IMG/VR virus record: IMGVR_UViG_3300044953_000168
From: an uncultured virus (IMG/VR IMGVR_UViG_3300044953_000168)
Taxonomy: Duplodnaviria > Heunggongvirae > Uroviricota > Caudoviricetes
Strand: one strand, 5' to 3'
Length of the DNA stretch: 64,000 nt
The notes below the pieces were generated by a model, which worked only from the letters and a program-made list of their open reading frames with translations, was not told the origin of the DNA and made no database searches. A program made the position numbers and the translations under genes. This document shows, piece by piece, positions 26,801 to 37,045 of this stretch (the first letter of the stretch is position 1; each line of letters opens with the position of its first letter).

Positions 26801-28528
26801 AATACAGAGAACCACGGAACCAAGACACTTCTGTCTGGAGTACCTAAGTTACAGCCTTACGTCTTTAATGAGACTTTTGGCAAATATGATTACTTAGTTC
26901 TGGAGTTTGAAGCTGACGTTCCTGATCCTGATGTAACTGACTTTGCATATGTACGATATGAGTATGATACATTAGGTATTCAGTTTAATGAAACTACTAT
27001 ATCTTACTCCTATGGTTCTTCTGTAGAACCTGAAGTAGATCTGCCGATGGTCGGATTCAAAGCACCGGCTACGCAGCAGATCCTTAACAATCTTCCTCAA
27101 TGGACCAAGATGAGACAAGCCTACACCTCTAATGGATGGAAGCTTACTAACTCTTGGGGCATGAGTATGGAATATATAATAGACAATATTAGCAAAACAT
27201 TAGCTGATTTCTCTTTAACTACTGCAGACATTTCTTACTTTAGTAAGCTGAACTACACCGATATTACTTCTAGCGAACTCCTACATAACAGGACAAAGAG
27301 AAACCTACTATATAACTCTGCATTTACTATTCGTGATATAAGCAGAAATAACATAGCAGCGGGATGGACTGAGCATACCCGATCAGGAAACGTGTATCTA
27401 GATCACAACCTATCTGCCATAACTCCTGTGGGTATATCGTCTGATACTGGCACTATTCGAATAGGCCAACAGGTCTTGCTAAACAATATCCAGGTGTCTA
27501 GCCTGGTGGCAAGTGTGTACCTGCTATGTGACCAAGATGACGTTGACTTCACCTTATTCGTTTCTATAGAAAACTTGAACGGTACCAGCAGGTCCTATAC
27601 TGCTAGAATAACAAATAGATCTACTGAGTGGCGACGCCTCGTACTGCCTATGGTTGTTAACAGTCAGGTATACCGAGTAAACGTTTCGTTACTGGGTTCT
27701 GCTAGTGGAAAGATGACAGTATCCGCTCCACAGCTTGAGCTAAATAGCATCAGTAGCTGGACCAGCTCTGTATCAGATTATCTAATGTATATGCCGTCTG
27801 AAGTAACGTTTAACTCGGTACACTGCATATCCAATGAGTATAATGGACCCAGGATCCCGCTATATCCTACAGACGATGAGAAGACATTCATAAATGTAGA
27901 TATACCTACTCGACTAGTTAGGATAGCTAGACCTAGCCGAGATCTACTAGAAGCAGCTAGTGTATCAACTTCTAGAAAGGTAGACCAGTTAAATCAAGTA
28001 ACTAGAACGGAATATTCAGTTCTAGAAGAGCAAGTAGCGGAGAGGGCCCTGAGTCCTACCCCTTGGGATATCTTTGGAAGATATGATATCCGAGACTTGC
28101 GTCTGCACTCAGATCTAGTGTACGGCACTTCCGATCCTTCTAATGTCACAATCACTCCTCTAGCGAGCGCTGTCCGCAAGGGGATGCTATTCGTGGCATG
28201 TAAAGAGGAGATAAAAGGAGAAGTCTATCGTACAATCAAGATAATGCGTCCTAGAACTCCTCCTGGTGAAGAGTCATATCTTGAGTCTTTAACCGACTTT
28301 GATTTAGAACTGGATCTTGACACTGTTCTAGATCAGGACCAAATAACAGATGAAGAGATTGTATCAATTTCTTTCTCAGAGATAGATACATCTTTTATGG
28401 TTATTACTACCACAAATAATACAAAGTACTACTACAGAATGTACTTTGACTACTATTACTTCAGTAAATCAAAAAATAGACTCTACACCATAGAGTCTTA
28501 CAATGCAGGTAACCTAGTAATCCTATAA
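23867..28528 (+). CDS. Virion protein: DUF6259-like putative glycosidase barrel + baseplate-type domain + CBM-like domain (1553 aa)
   Basis: N-terminal ~1000 aa contain SPGGLTM..., GTLYYALDQEG..K, DWYGYKLYRE, GMYHD...CYAKGHRH...HPRG and PGFQIVYSD. These are followed by TQQILNNLPQWTKM and a jelly-roll-like NLLYNSAF...EWRRL...APQLE domain. Confidence 0.55.
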   Translation: MITSKRSVGGRTKHSFINSKGVLSVPVDPSAYQTWELSNANVIFKFIEDPLTGVRLKSWGTRDGTTTENRSRSLWAINTLIKYEIDYTTGIVTSSPRTVYPSFSTFQGATTSTSPEGNPVVTFTWDQVIYDYKHRDKTCEVNVIATLLQDTDTLDISIQIKLNGLFKSSDLQPFNSSVVHCIQFPSVVVQKSSTEVDNDNTVLSVPVAFGYTFHNPFKYLRHPRFNSESFQYSQSGERCFSAGFLDNIDGSLTRYNYSSPGGLTMPVVILGNKDNKEGTLYYALDQEGTNPKAFQYYFDDQSFHLKIAHMSDHQLDPYGVGGYTSDNGDIYARTNNPTWSFRIRPFSSRSRWVDWYGYKLYREEAVPEQMEWGWMPDSFYNRYRNNEISKAAAEIPAVLNLYGITTGTADAFSRAANIYVDLYKNSVSPALSDNVSLVAHYQTINLGAHPVRETNPADIFATYNGWEPWAAQGTGVGKVGPLVYRSPDYTGLNAKHAPAFAEMLSNRILAYSYCIFPPPVSTTSEWGVQYSGVDMAGKSIPQQDYTFTEADYLEWAYYGPTPGLYGIEFAPCHSIQELENKMVSNAADLSRAGMGMYHDTVGHWGRGCYAKGHRHLDDEGSVVTTTHPRGAVSKYFNDRQKQALTRMLVSAKQAHEDTWGNSTVPKGDLVMRQAAEHISDVGLGVVPVSLTYEPLGPIYNLYLNDIRSPREDAVANSYGDTPVDNIDDATLSGLVNFYGITHWKTLIDSPNWIQRCPGFQIVYSDRSILNEWSAVYGSNVYNIFFKNGIYSGIGAYGKVVTTLSGVDDVSAMAWASYAVQSWPYTNRVSCWHLDKQIEPRRPDFSGIENNENLIFYSGVWSGYTENLVKKLFRIQAYNPDYIYHGTFDLPLQTWSTDVKAEPINNTQLHKHKPTNTRDPYTYVRGNDTVQHTVRRHRAKDSLLLVAGNWYSGSTYFSGVFDPEYYGITTSYKVYELDVNTENHGTKTLLSGVPKLQPYVFNETFGKYDYLVLEFEADVPDPDVTDFAYVRYEYDTLGIQFNETTISYSYGSSVEPEVDLPMVGFKAPATQQILNNLPQWTKMRQAYTSNGWKLTNSWGMSMEYIIDNISKTLADFSLTTADISYFSKLNYTDITSSELLHNRTKRNLLYNSAFTIRDISRNNIAAGWTEHTRSGNVYLDHNLSAITPVGISSDTGTIRIGQQVLLNNIQVSSLVASVYLLCDQDDVDFTLFVSIENLNGTSRSYTARITNRSTEWRRLVLPMVVNSQVYRVNVSLLGSASGKMTVSAPQLELNSISSWTSSVSDYLMYMPSEVTFNSVHCISNEYNGPRIPLYPTDDEKTFINVDIPTRLVRIARPSRDLLEAASVSTSRKVDQLNQVTRTEYSVLEEQVAERALSPTPWDIFGRYDIRDLRLHSDLVYGTSDPSNVTITPLASAVRKGMLFVACKEEIKGEVYRTIKIMRPRTPPGEESYLESLTDFDLELDLDTVLDQDQITDEEIVSISFSEIDTSFMVITTTNNTKYYYRMYFDYYYFSKSKNRLYTIESYNAGNLVIL

Positions 28529-30981
28529 TGGCCTACGACACCTTCTCCACCCATGCTCAAACAGGGCAATCTGCTACTACGGTAGTATCCTCAAATCCCT
28601 ATACTACTAGGGGAAGAACAATAGGCTACCCAAATAATCTTGATCTGTTTGTTCGTCATATTTCTGATACGGACGGCTCCCAGTCAGTACAAGAACTAAG
28701 AAAAGTAGCTGACCTAGTTGGTAGTCGTCTCTACCTGCACCACCGTCCTCTCCTCAATACCGACGGAACTGTAACCACCATAACAGTATCCAATGGTGTA
28801 CTAGATACCACTTACACTAACGGTAGCCAGGGATATGTAGTATTCTCCACTCTCCCGACCGTAGACTTCACTGTAAGTTATGTAGCAGTGCCAGATTGCG
28901 ATGTGTCCTGGGCTATCAACACCCTTCAAGACTCAGTAATGGAAATAGAGGGTGTTTTAGGACACAGTAATAGTCCTAGCTATCCTGGTATCAGAAATCT
29001 AAAAATTGGTATATTCGACAGTCCGTTAGATGCTGTGGCAAGCGGAGTTCTGCAGAACTCTGTAGCATTGCCTCACCTTAACCAAAACATAGTAATAGGA
29101 TCGTCAAATGATCCTACGCTGCAACTTCTTAGAGGAACTGCTCACAGCATACAGCTAGGTAGAGAAACAGATAACGTCATAATCGACGCTACCGGTTTCA
29201 CTATTATGCAGTCTAATGGAACAAAAGTAAACAAGATTGTACTAGGAAGTAAGACTGGAGATACTATATCTTACAAAGGAACAATGTCCGGCGCAGGTCC
29301 ACTGATCGTGGGCGGCCCGGAATGGCCTCTATACTCGGGTGTAGTTTTCAGTACGGCACTGACGGGATCGTTCTACAGTGGATCTATGCTCCGGGTACAC
29401 GGAGACGCCTCCTTCATGGGCAATGTTAAGGCCTATGGAAATATTACAGTGGTAAACAGCACTGGTACTACTTCAACTGTAATGGGTGACTGGACAGTTA
29501 GAGACGAGCTGTTCGTGGATGGTCAGTCCCATCTCGCTGGTACCGTAAATACTAATACCATAATCGCCAGTCAAAATCTGTATCTTAAACAGGACCTAAT
29601 CGCACAGAATGTTAACGGCCAAGGCGGAAATGGTCAGACATTAATTGACGGCTTAGACTGCTCAGAGGTAGCCTGGTCTTACTCTACAGCAATTAAGTCA
29701 AGACACGGCAACAGTGTTATATCGGCTCCGCTCCATACTGGAGCAGTAGCTCCTAAGAAAGTGACATATCGTCCCTGGATGTCAATTGGACCTAGTCGGT
29801 TAGTTGGCGATGTGTTCAGCATAACTGGACAGCTAAACGCTGCAGCCAGCAGCTCGGGTGTACATCCTCACATACTGCAACTCCTTCTCAATGAGGAGAT
29901 AGTGTCTGGACAGCACACTGGCACTATGGGCGGACCGAACGGCGTCTGGTCTAAGGGCATGATGGATCCTGGCGCTATGTGGGTTAGAATGCTTGATGGC
30001 CAGGCGGCAGGCTTCAATGCTCCTATCTATGGACACACTGTAGAAGGAACTACAGGTACGGCTATTAATCGACTTAATGTCTTTATCCCAGAGAGTATCT
30101 CGGCTCCTCCACAAACCAACAACAAGTACATTCTCTACAATCCTCTTTCTGCGCAATACAACACGGTAAGCGCAGTAGGCGGAGCTACTCCAACCTTCTC
30201 TATAAATGCATCAGAATCTGAGCCTCTAGCGCTCTCCTTCGAGGATAGTATTCGTGTACTCAAGTCTAATAGCGCTTCTATATCGATGAAGACAGCTCTA
30301 GAGTACTCTGTAAGTGGTCTAGGCGGCTCCCCTGTTACAGGTATAGCTTACATCTTTGCAGATAGCACAAATACTGATCCGGAGAGTACGCCGGTGTTCA
30401 GGGCCAGAGCCACACCGATAAGAATGAAGGGACAGACGGCCGTGGGAGAAGTTGTTGCAGCATATGATGGAGCAACTTGGAGCATATTGGAAAGTATATC
30501 CTACAGACCAAACGGCATATATGACTCTAACTGGATACCAATATATGGACAGTATACAGGACTAGTATCCGGAAGAGCTACACCAGGATTTAGCAGCTCT
30601 TCAGCAGACACCATGAAGGTGTACTTCCACCACTATCTAGGAGCTGATACAGATATAGGCAGGATCTCTGCTGACCTATACCTGGCAAACAGGCACACAG
30701 GATCAGTCAGCTGGAACCAGACCCACACTCCTATGTACAGCATGTTCGGACAAGATGTCCGGGCTGGTCATGGTCTTAGCGGTACATTCTTCCATATTCC
30801 TCTGGGAACACAGAGAGCGAGCAGCACGTCGAACCAAAGAGATGCTTCTATATTCTACTTGGATTCGGCAATCATAGGAGTTGACATGACCCCTGCTCTC
30901 GTCGGCGGATTCCCAGTCTCCGGTAGCTCGGCTATTACTGCTCCTAACTACCTAAGACTAGTAATAAATAAAACAGTCTAA
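28528..30981 (+). CDS. Tail fibre-like protein (817 aa)
   Basis: Short coiled segment INTLQDSVMEIEGVLG, then V.G-type beta repeats (LRVHGDASFMGNVKAYGNITV; GDWTVRDELFVDG) typical of trimeric fibres. Confidence 0.55.
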   Translation: MAYDTFSTHAQTGQSATTVVSSNPYTTRGRTIGYPNNLDLFVRHISDTDGSQSVQELRKVADLVGSRLYLHHRPLLNTDGTVTTITVSNGVLDTTYTNGSQGYVVFSTLPTVDFTVSYVAVPDCDVSWAINTLQDSVMEIEGVLGHSNSPSYPGIRNLKIGIFDSPLDAVASGVLQNSVALPHLNQNIVIGSSNDPTLQLLRGTAHSIQLGRETDNVIIDATGFTIMQSNGTKVNKIVLGSKTGDTISYKGTMSGAGPLIVGGPEWPLYSGVVFSTALTGSFYSGSMLRVHGDASFMGNVKAYGNITVVNSTGTTSTVMGDWTVRDELFVDGQSHLAGTVNTNTIIASQNLYLKQDLIAQNVNGQGGNGQTLIDGLDCSEVAWSYSTAIKSRHGNSVISAPLHTGAVAPKKVTYRPWMSIGPSRLVGDVFSITGQLNAAASSSGVHPHILQLLLNEEIVSGQHTGTMGGPNGVWSKGMMDPGAMWVRMLDGQAAGFNAPIYGHTVEGTTGTAINRLNVFIPESISAPPQTNNKYILYNPLSAQYNTVSAVGGATPTFSINASESEPLALSFEDSIRVLKSNSASISMKTALEYSVSGLGGSPVTGIAYIFADSTNTDPESTPVFRARATPIRMKGQTAVGEVVAAYDGATWSILESISYRPNGIYDSNWIPIYGQYTGLVSGRATPGFSSSSADTMKVYFHHYLGADTDIGRISADLYLANRHTGSVSWNQTHTPMYSMFGQDVRAGHGLSGTFFHIPLGTQRASSTSNQRDASIFYLDSAIIGVDMTPALVGGFPVSGSSAITAPNYLRLVINKTV

Positions 30982-33578
30982 TGGACCCTAAGTCTAGATT
31001 CTATAAGTGTGAATCCGAGGGATTCCCTGCGGTCTCTGTTTATGACTACGAGACCAACATACCCACTCGAGGTGTCGATAACCGACAGTTTAGATGGGAA
31101 GAGGTTTCTGTACAGGCTATATACCAGCTACAGGAAGCCACTAAGAGTGGCTCGTTCGAGTCTAATACTTTTCGTGCAGATACCAGTGTCACAAATGCGA
31201 CTGGTGTCAATTTCATAAGCACGAATAACTCCAACTCTACCTCATATAGAGGATGGACAGTAACAGGCAACAGAACTGTCTACATTGGAATATCAGGTAT
31301 ATTCGTATCCACAGGAGACCTTAGCGGAGTAACCTCATCCTTCCAGGCCCATCCTCTAGATGGTGACGAGGCAATAGGACTATATCTCTATAGCGGAAGC
31401 TCTCTCTATCCGTCTTTGATATCCACTAATCTGGCTGTAGGAGCTGAAGGGCCTATGATAATAGGCAATAACCATCAGATCTTCTTACAAGCTAAACTGA
31501 ACTATGGATCTGCTGGTTCAATTAAAGTATATCCTCGAGGATGGGTCGGCGGTGCCGTGGGCTGCTATTATGATGCTATAAACTACGAGTGGATAACCAC
31601 CGTCCCTACTGGATCTTTTGCTGTAGACAGTAACTTAACTACTGTAAAGTACCAGTTTGATTGCTCCACCTTCCCTAGCCTAACTCCTACTGGATTCGAT
31701 CTAGTAATCTCTTCAGCTAGTACAGGAAGCTTTATTACAGTAGACAATGTACACCTTGATGTTCTAATGCGCAAGAACGCATTTATAGATGCACTTATCC
31801 CTACAGGATACATGATACAGATCACTCCTGATCTTGGATGGCATAACGTTCTTGACATGTTCGAGTCTACATCGGCCCGCAGTAACCCCCATCTTAAGCT
31901 GTTTGGTCCTTATGACGTAGAGCTAGGAAACCTAACAGACAATCTGGACAACACTGTTACGGCTACTATAGACGAATCAGATTTTGTTAAAGCAACAAGA
32001 GGAGAATTTAGCAAGTACCTGTGGAGGGCGCTCCCCCTCAGTCCCAATGGAACTCTAGGAGTTGGAGGCCTACCACAGAAGTTTAAGTATGTAGGCAATA
32101 TAGTAAACACACAGTTCACTGTAGACAGTGTCATTCAGAATGATCACTCTTCAACTAAGATAATTACGGGAAGTAGATCAAGTACGATGACAGTGCTTGT
32201 AAACGATGAGGAGAACTATCCAGGACTTTCCTATCCGTCTGCTACGACATGGAAGGTAGAGATAATACTGAGCGTACCATACAAGACCTTCTCATTCAGG
32301 GGAAAGGAACCCGGCGGGGCGACGAGCGCAGCCAGATACGTAAAGCTTAGCAATAAGCTGTATGAAGAGAATAGTCAGGCGTTGTGGAACGTCTTCGACG
32401 AACACGGACTGATCGCTGACATCCCTAGACTCCCAAATGAGTCTAACTATGAATACTCCATAAGAATAAAAGACAGTTACAAAAATCGTGGAGGTCCTTC
32501 TTTCGTAGGAGTAGTAAATGGAGGAACTAGAGAGCTAGGAATCAGTAAGACTTCTGATGGACTAATATTGAGTATACCAAAGAACGAATATGGAACAAGC
32601 AGGATCCCTGGTGCCACAGTTACAGTTACTTCCTACTCTATAAGGATAAGCAGCCCTAGCTTCCTGGCTACAGAAAGGCTACTGCTAGATCCAGTCCACA
32701 AAACATGCGATCTGACGTACATGCCTGCTGACGTTCCAGAATTTGCTGAGATAGACGTGGATGGTCCGGTTGCACTAAACAGTATCGCTGTAGAATACTG
32801 CTGCGATGATACGTCTCTAAAATATAGATACAAGATAACTACAGATACTGAAGAGAAGTTTATACAGGTAAAATACGCCTATTACATTGAGCTTCTTTTT
32901 AAGAACTACCCGACACTGCACGATCTAGTAGACGCAATCAGTGCTCTAAAGAACCAGGACGGTACACAGTTGTTGGATATAAAGATATCCGGCAAGCTAT
33001 CTGGCTCAGAGGATTCACTTGGGCTTCTGGTATCTACTGCTGATATAAAGACTACGGAACCTACGAACATCGCCTGGTCACCCTTCATATTGAAGAGGAT
33101 ATCTGATAGAGGATACAGAGATTACTTTATTAAGAACGCAGATCAGACTGTAAAAAATAGTGAATACTACTCTTATGTAAAAGAGCTAAAGAATGGAACT
33201 AAAATATTCTGGGGATCCGTAGAGACGGACCGTAGTCGGTGGGATGCCGCAGACTCCAAGTCCCTTTCTATGGACTCCATTCCTACTCAGTTCGATCCTC
33301 CGATGAGTCACATGACCAGCATGATCACTGGTAGCGAAGTAAGAATGGATCCCATTGAAGCCTGGGGAAGAGGCTACATAGGATACAACAATGAGTACCT
33401 ACGTAACGCAGGACTAAACTACTCACTGTTCCAGCCTGGGGTAGGACACACTAACGACCTTACTCCAGCTATCTTCTTCACCACATCCTCTTCAGGAATA
33501 TCATCTAACGGATCTTCGCTAGCCATAGGTCCAATAAAAAATAACAACAACGTAGTAATCTTCTCTGGCCAAGTATAA
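30981..33578 (+). CDS. Baseplate wedge-like structural protein (865 aa)
   Basis: WNVFDEHGLIADIPRLPNESNYEYSIRI resembles the LD..G....RL.GE.D..YR.R wedge motif. An N-terminal jelly-roll-like region and an Ig/FN3-like YLWRALP segment are also present. Confidence 0.55.
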   Translation: MDPKSRFYKCESEGFPAVSVYDYETNIPTRGVDNRQFRWEEVSVQAIYQLQEATKSGSFESNTFRADTSVTNATGVNFISTNNSNSTSYRGWTVTGNRTVYIGISGIFVSTGDLSGVTSSFQAHPLDGDEAIGLYLYSGSSLYPSLISTNLAVGAEGPMIIGNNHQIFLQAKLNYGSAGSIKVYPRGWVGGAVGCYYDAINYEWITTVPTGSFAVDSNLTTVKYQFDCSTFPSLTPTGFDLVISSASTGSFITVDNVHLDVLMRKNAFIDALIPTGYMIQITPDLGWHNVLDMFESTSARSNPHLKLFGPYDVELGNLTDNLDNTVTATIDESDFVKATRGEFSKYLWRALPLSPNGTLGVGGLPQKFKYVGNIVNTQFTVDSVIQNDHSSTKIITGSRSSTMTVLVNDEENYPGLSYPSATTWKVEIILSVPYKTFSFRGKEPGGATSAARYVKLSNKLYEENSQALWNVFDEHGLIADIPRLPNESNYEYSIRIKDSYKNRGGPSFVGVVNGGTRELGISKTSDGLILSIPKNEYGTSRIPGATVTVTSYSIRISSPSFLATERLLLDPVHKTCDLTYMPADVPEFAEIDVDGPVALNSIAVEYCCDDTSLKYRYKITTDTEEKFIQVKYAYYIELLFKNYPTLHDLVDAISALKNQDGTQLLDIKISGKLSGSEDSLGLLVSTADIKTTEPTNIAWSPFILKRISDRGYRDYFIKNADQTVKNSEYYSYVKELKNGTKIFWGSVETDRSRWDAADSKSLSMDSIPTQFDPPMSHMTSMITGSEVRMDPIEAWGRGYIGYNNEYLRNAGLNYSLFQPGVGHTNDLTPAIFFTTSSSGISSNGSSLAIGPIKNNNNVVIFSGQV

Positions 33579-36500
33579 TGGTAACCTATAACTACAGCGT
33601 AAGTGCCCAAGGTCCTATATCCTCTATACAGACAATCATTAACATGATTGTTAATGAGCTAAGCTCCAATCCAACTATAGAGAACGATATAGAGGTTTTT
33701 ATAGGTAAAGGAACCTATGCAGGATTCCGAATACCTGACGGAAGCCTGTTTCCTCTGTTTAATACAGCCTACAGGCTAGTCATCAGAGGTGAGCCCGGCG
33801 AGATGCCCACCTTGGACTTTAACTATTCTGAGGAATCAGCTACCGTCGGAGCGGACATAGGTTCAGGAAATCCTAACGTTAGAATAGAAGGAATCAGAAT
33901 TCAGTACTTCCCTGTAGGGATAAGAGCGTCAATAAACTCTCACTATCCTATAGTCAAGAACTGCATTGTCACCAACAACAGAAACGTTGGTATATTTTTT
34001 GACCAGGTTGCTCAGGCCCAAGCTATACAGAATGTTGTTGTTAATGGGGACTATGGCATAGTATTCAGACTGACAAAGTCAGCTATAGCTATACATAACA
34101 CTATATTCATGAATGGAGCCATCAGCACATCCAAGGGCAAATCCATATCCTGTATCTGGGCTGAATTGGCTAATGACTATGGTAATGGGCTAACAGACTC
34201 AGGTAGTCTACACCTTCTTGGCAATATTGGATGGAACACTTCTGGTAGGTGTTTGACTCTGTTCACTCCGGATGTAGAACGGACCGGAGCTATAATCTCT
34301 AATTACAATGACTGGGTAGTAGGAGATAAAGAAGAGTTCATAGTAGTAGAAGACAACGCCTTCTTCTCCGGAAACGTAACCAGAACGGTGTTCAAGTCTT
34401 TACAGGAATGGAAACAACTGGGATTTGACTCTAACTCTAAGAGTGAGGATCCTAAGTTTATATCAGCTGTAAAAGTCAGATCCAGGCGCAACGGGTACGC
34501 CCTAGACCTGAACTTACTCCCTATATCCCCAGTCTTAGGAATGGTGCCCAGCTACGGATACACTGCGTCATCTGAGCTGCCTTCCTACTTCGATAGTACA
34601 GAGCTTAAGAAAGACATCCTAAACAAAAACAGGAGCCAGGCAGGTACTGCAGCAGGGGCCAACGACAAGCCATCAACGTCAGGGTTCTTCGGGCAAGATG
34701 TGTTCTCAGACCCACTGGATGTAGGAACCACTAAAGAGTGCGGAATAGACCCCTTTGTAAACATCATACACAAGTCGATAGATCTCTGGTATCCCTCGAT
34801 TAACAAGGGATACTTCTACTCTAATGAGAGAGAGTTCTATCTATATAGCAAAAAAGAGACTAGAGATATAGGATACTTAGCCCATACAGAATTCGTACTA
34901 CCTGCCAAAATGTCTACAAAGACATCCTTGGATGTACAGGTAGCCGGAGTAAACGTAGACTCGTCTTCTTACGACCTGATTGGAAACAGATTCATTTTGT
35001 TCCACAAGGATTTACCAATACTTGTAGGAGATGAGGAAGTAACAATACGAGGAGATATTGCTACTTGGAATAATGCGTCTTTTGTATACAGCAACGTTCT
35101 GTACCGTTTTAAAATTAACGAAGGAAGTACAAGATTCTTTCTTCCTGAGTCCTACGCGGGCGAAGGGCCTGTAGTAGTAACCGATGATATGTCCTATCCT
35201 ACGGATAGTGACTATATATCTAATAGAGAGTTCTGCATATCCTTTGACCATAGTAAGGAGCTGTCTGAACTGGTATTTGCTAATAGGACCAATCAAGTAT
35301 TAAATTCTCAATTTGACTATTACGATTCCAACGCAGTTCCCGCACACTGGCAGTCTAGTGGTGCAGCAATAGTTGCAGGATCCGTATCCCTTCCACCGGT
35401 AGCAGGCGGAATGGTATGTAGTGTAGAGGATGGCGGGTACATACGAACTTTTCTTCCTATAGATACAGGAAGTCACTGTTTTAGTTTCCATGTGCGGAGT
35501 CCAGGAAGCGGTACCTTAGATTACAAGATTAAGTACTTTGACATAGGGTATGACGATCTGGGCAGCCCAGAGACAGGCTCTGTAGATCTTACTAATTCCT
35601 GGAATAGATATAATATATCATTCTCTAGTCCGCTCTCTGATTTCGACACACTAGTTCCTGCTGTACCTTACCCTTGTACACAGCTTGTGTCTTTAACCCA
35701 GCCAACTAGATCTGCGTACGTAAGTATAGAGCTATCCCATACATACAATCCCGCATACACGGGAAGCATGTACCTAGACGCAGTCCAGTACGAGAAAGAA
35801 GTAGTGCCTTCTCTCTACCACAGAAAGATACTATATAACGAACTAACTGTGGAGTTCGAAAGCAGCAGCGATCCGGCTTTCATAGATACCAACCAATGCC
35901 TGTCCCCTATCTCTACTCTAGTAACAGACGGATTCCTCTATATACCTGAGGTCCCTGCATCGACCTACTTTGGGCCGTCGTACCCTGCTATAACAACTCT
36001 CCATGAGTGGCGCTGGCCCGAAGGCAGAAAGCTCATTATTCCGTGGAGCAGGACCAAGGGAAAAGACAAGCTGCGTAAGAGACCTAAAGGCAGATTCAAT
36101 CTTATTCCCGAGGTAAAGCCAGAGATCATATCTCCGGTATGCTTCACGCCAAAGATTCTAGATGCCTATACCCAGCCTTCTGTGCCGTCTTCGTTTGTAG
36201 GGGACAATGTAGGAGTAGGCTTCGTAATCAGAATCTATGACGAGGACAGCAATCCTTGTGTCCTTACTCCTACTACTGTTCAAATTTATGATATTAATAA
36301 TAAGTATCCTGGTGCTCTTTTCATAAGAAAGGCAGGATTAAAACATGCGCTGGGTACAGCTATAAGCCTACAGACAGATTCTTCCGGATCCATTGTGCTA
36401 ACATGGATTCCTCCTACAGAGGATGCTGGACTATACAGAGGACCTATCCCTTCCCCTAAGACGAATAGTCCCTCTGGTCAAAATAATATATCAGCTATAG

Positions 36501-37045
36501 AGACCGAGCATGCTCTTAGCTTTGAGAACGCAGCAAACATAGTCATACTGGATTACAACGGCAATCCGCTTCCTACTAAGGCTACAGCTCCTGTAGGAGC
36601 TTTCTATACACCTATATATGAGGCGGATGCCTCCATCTGTCAATTAGTGCTGCCTCCTGTACGTGGATCCATAAATGTAATAGTTGATGGAGTACAATTT
36701 ACAGAAAGTGACATCAACACTATAGACAGTAATCAGTTTTTTGTAGACTATGAACAATCGATAGTTAGGATAAAGGGCAGAGTTACAAATATCTATATTG
36801 AGTATATACAGAGTTATATCCTACTAAACAAGAACTATCCTAATCTGATAATGTTCTATCATGATCAGATATTTGATGGATATAGCGGTAGTATTACAGT
36901 TGGATATGACATAAACATTAAGTTACTAGTTACCTGCACAGATCCGTCGGATGGATCTTCTTTCGTGCGCCTCTTCGATCTGGTAGCCCAAAATCAACTA
37001 TCTAATAGACCAGAAGTCTTCAATCCGATAGCCCGCGAGATCTGA
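33578..37045 (+). CDS. Virion protein with N-terminal right-handed beta-helix and CBM-like domain (1155 aa)
   Basis: PbH1-like repeats (IVKNCIVTNNRNVGIFF; IQNVVVNGDYGIVF; IHNTIFMN) with a SLQEWK..GFDSNS..EDPKF...DI...R....AGAND C-cap, then a NQVLNSQF...WNRY...YLDAVQYE jelly-roll. Confidence 0.65.
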   Translation: MVTYNYSVSAQGPISSIQTIINMIVNELSSNPTIENDIEVFIGKGTYAGFRIPDGSLFPLFNTAYRLVIRGEPGEMPTLDFNYSEESATVGADIGSGNPNVRIEGIRIQYFPVGIRASINSHYPIVKNCIVTNNRNVGIFFDQVAQAQAIQNVVVNGDYGIVFRLTKSAIAIHNTIFMNGAISTSKGKSISCIWAELANDYGNGLTDSGSLHLLGNIGWNTSGRCLTLFTPDVERTGAIISNYNDWVVGDKEEFIVVEDNAFFSGNVTRTVFKSLQEWKQLGFDSNSKSEDPKFISAVKVRSRRNGYALDLNLLPISPVLGMVPSYGYTASSELPSYFDSTELKKDILNKNRSQAGTAAGANDKPSTSGFFGQDVFSDPLDVGTTKECGIDPFVNIIHKSIDLWYPSINKGYFYSNEREFYLYSKKETRDIGYLAHTEFVLPAKMSTKTSLDVQVAGVNVDSSSYDLIGNRFILFHKDLPILVGDEEVTIRGDIATWNNASFVYSNVLYRFKINEGSTRFFLPESYAGEGPVVVTDDMSYPTDSDYISNREFCISFDHSKELSELVFANRTNQVLNSQFDYYDSNAVPAHWQSSGAAIVAGSVSLPPVAGGMVCSVEDGGYIRTFLPIDTGSHCFSFHVRSPGSGTLDYKIKYFDIGYDDLGSPETGSVDLTNSWNRYNISFSSPLSDFDTLVPAVPYPCTQLVSLTQPTRSAYVSIELSHTYNPAYTGSMYLDAVQYEKEVVPSLYHRKILYNELTVEFESSSDPAFIDTNQCLSPISTLVTDGFLYIPEVPASTYFGPSYPAITTLHEWRWPEGRKLIIPWSRTKGKDKLRKRPKGRFNLIPEVKPEIISPVCFTPKILDAYTQPSVPSSFVGDNVGVGFVIRIYDEDSNPCVLTPTTVQIYDINNKYPGALFIRKAGLKHALGTAISLQTDSSGSIVLTWIPPTEDAGLYRGPIPSPKTNSPSGQNNISAIETEHALSFENAANIVILDYNGNPLPTKATAPVGAFYTPIYEADASICQLVLPPVRGSINVIVDGVQFTESDINTIDSNQFFVDYEQSIVRIKGRVTNIYIEYIQSYILLNKNYPNLIMFYHDQIFDGYSGSITVGYDINIKLLVTCTDPSDGSSFVRLFDLVAQNQLSNRPEVFNPIAREI

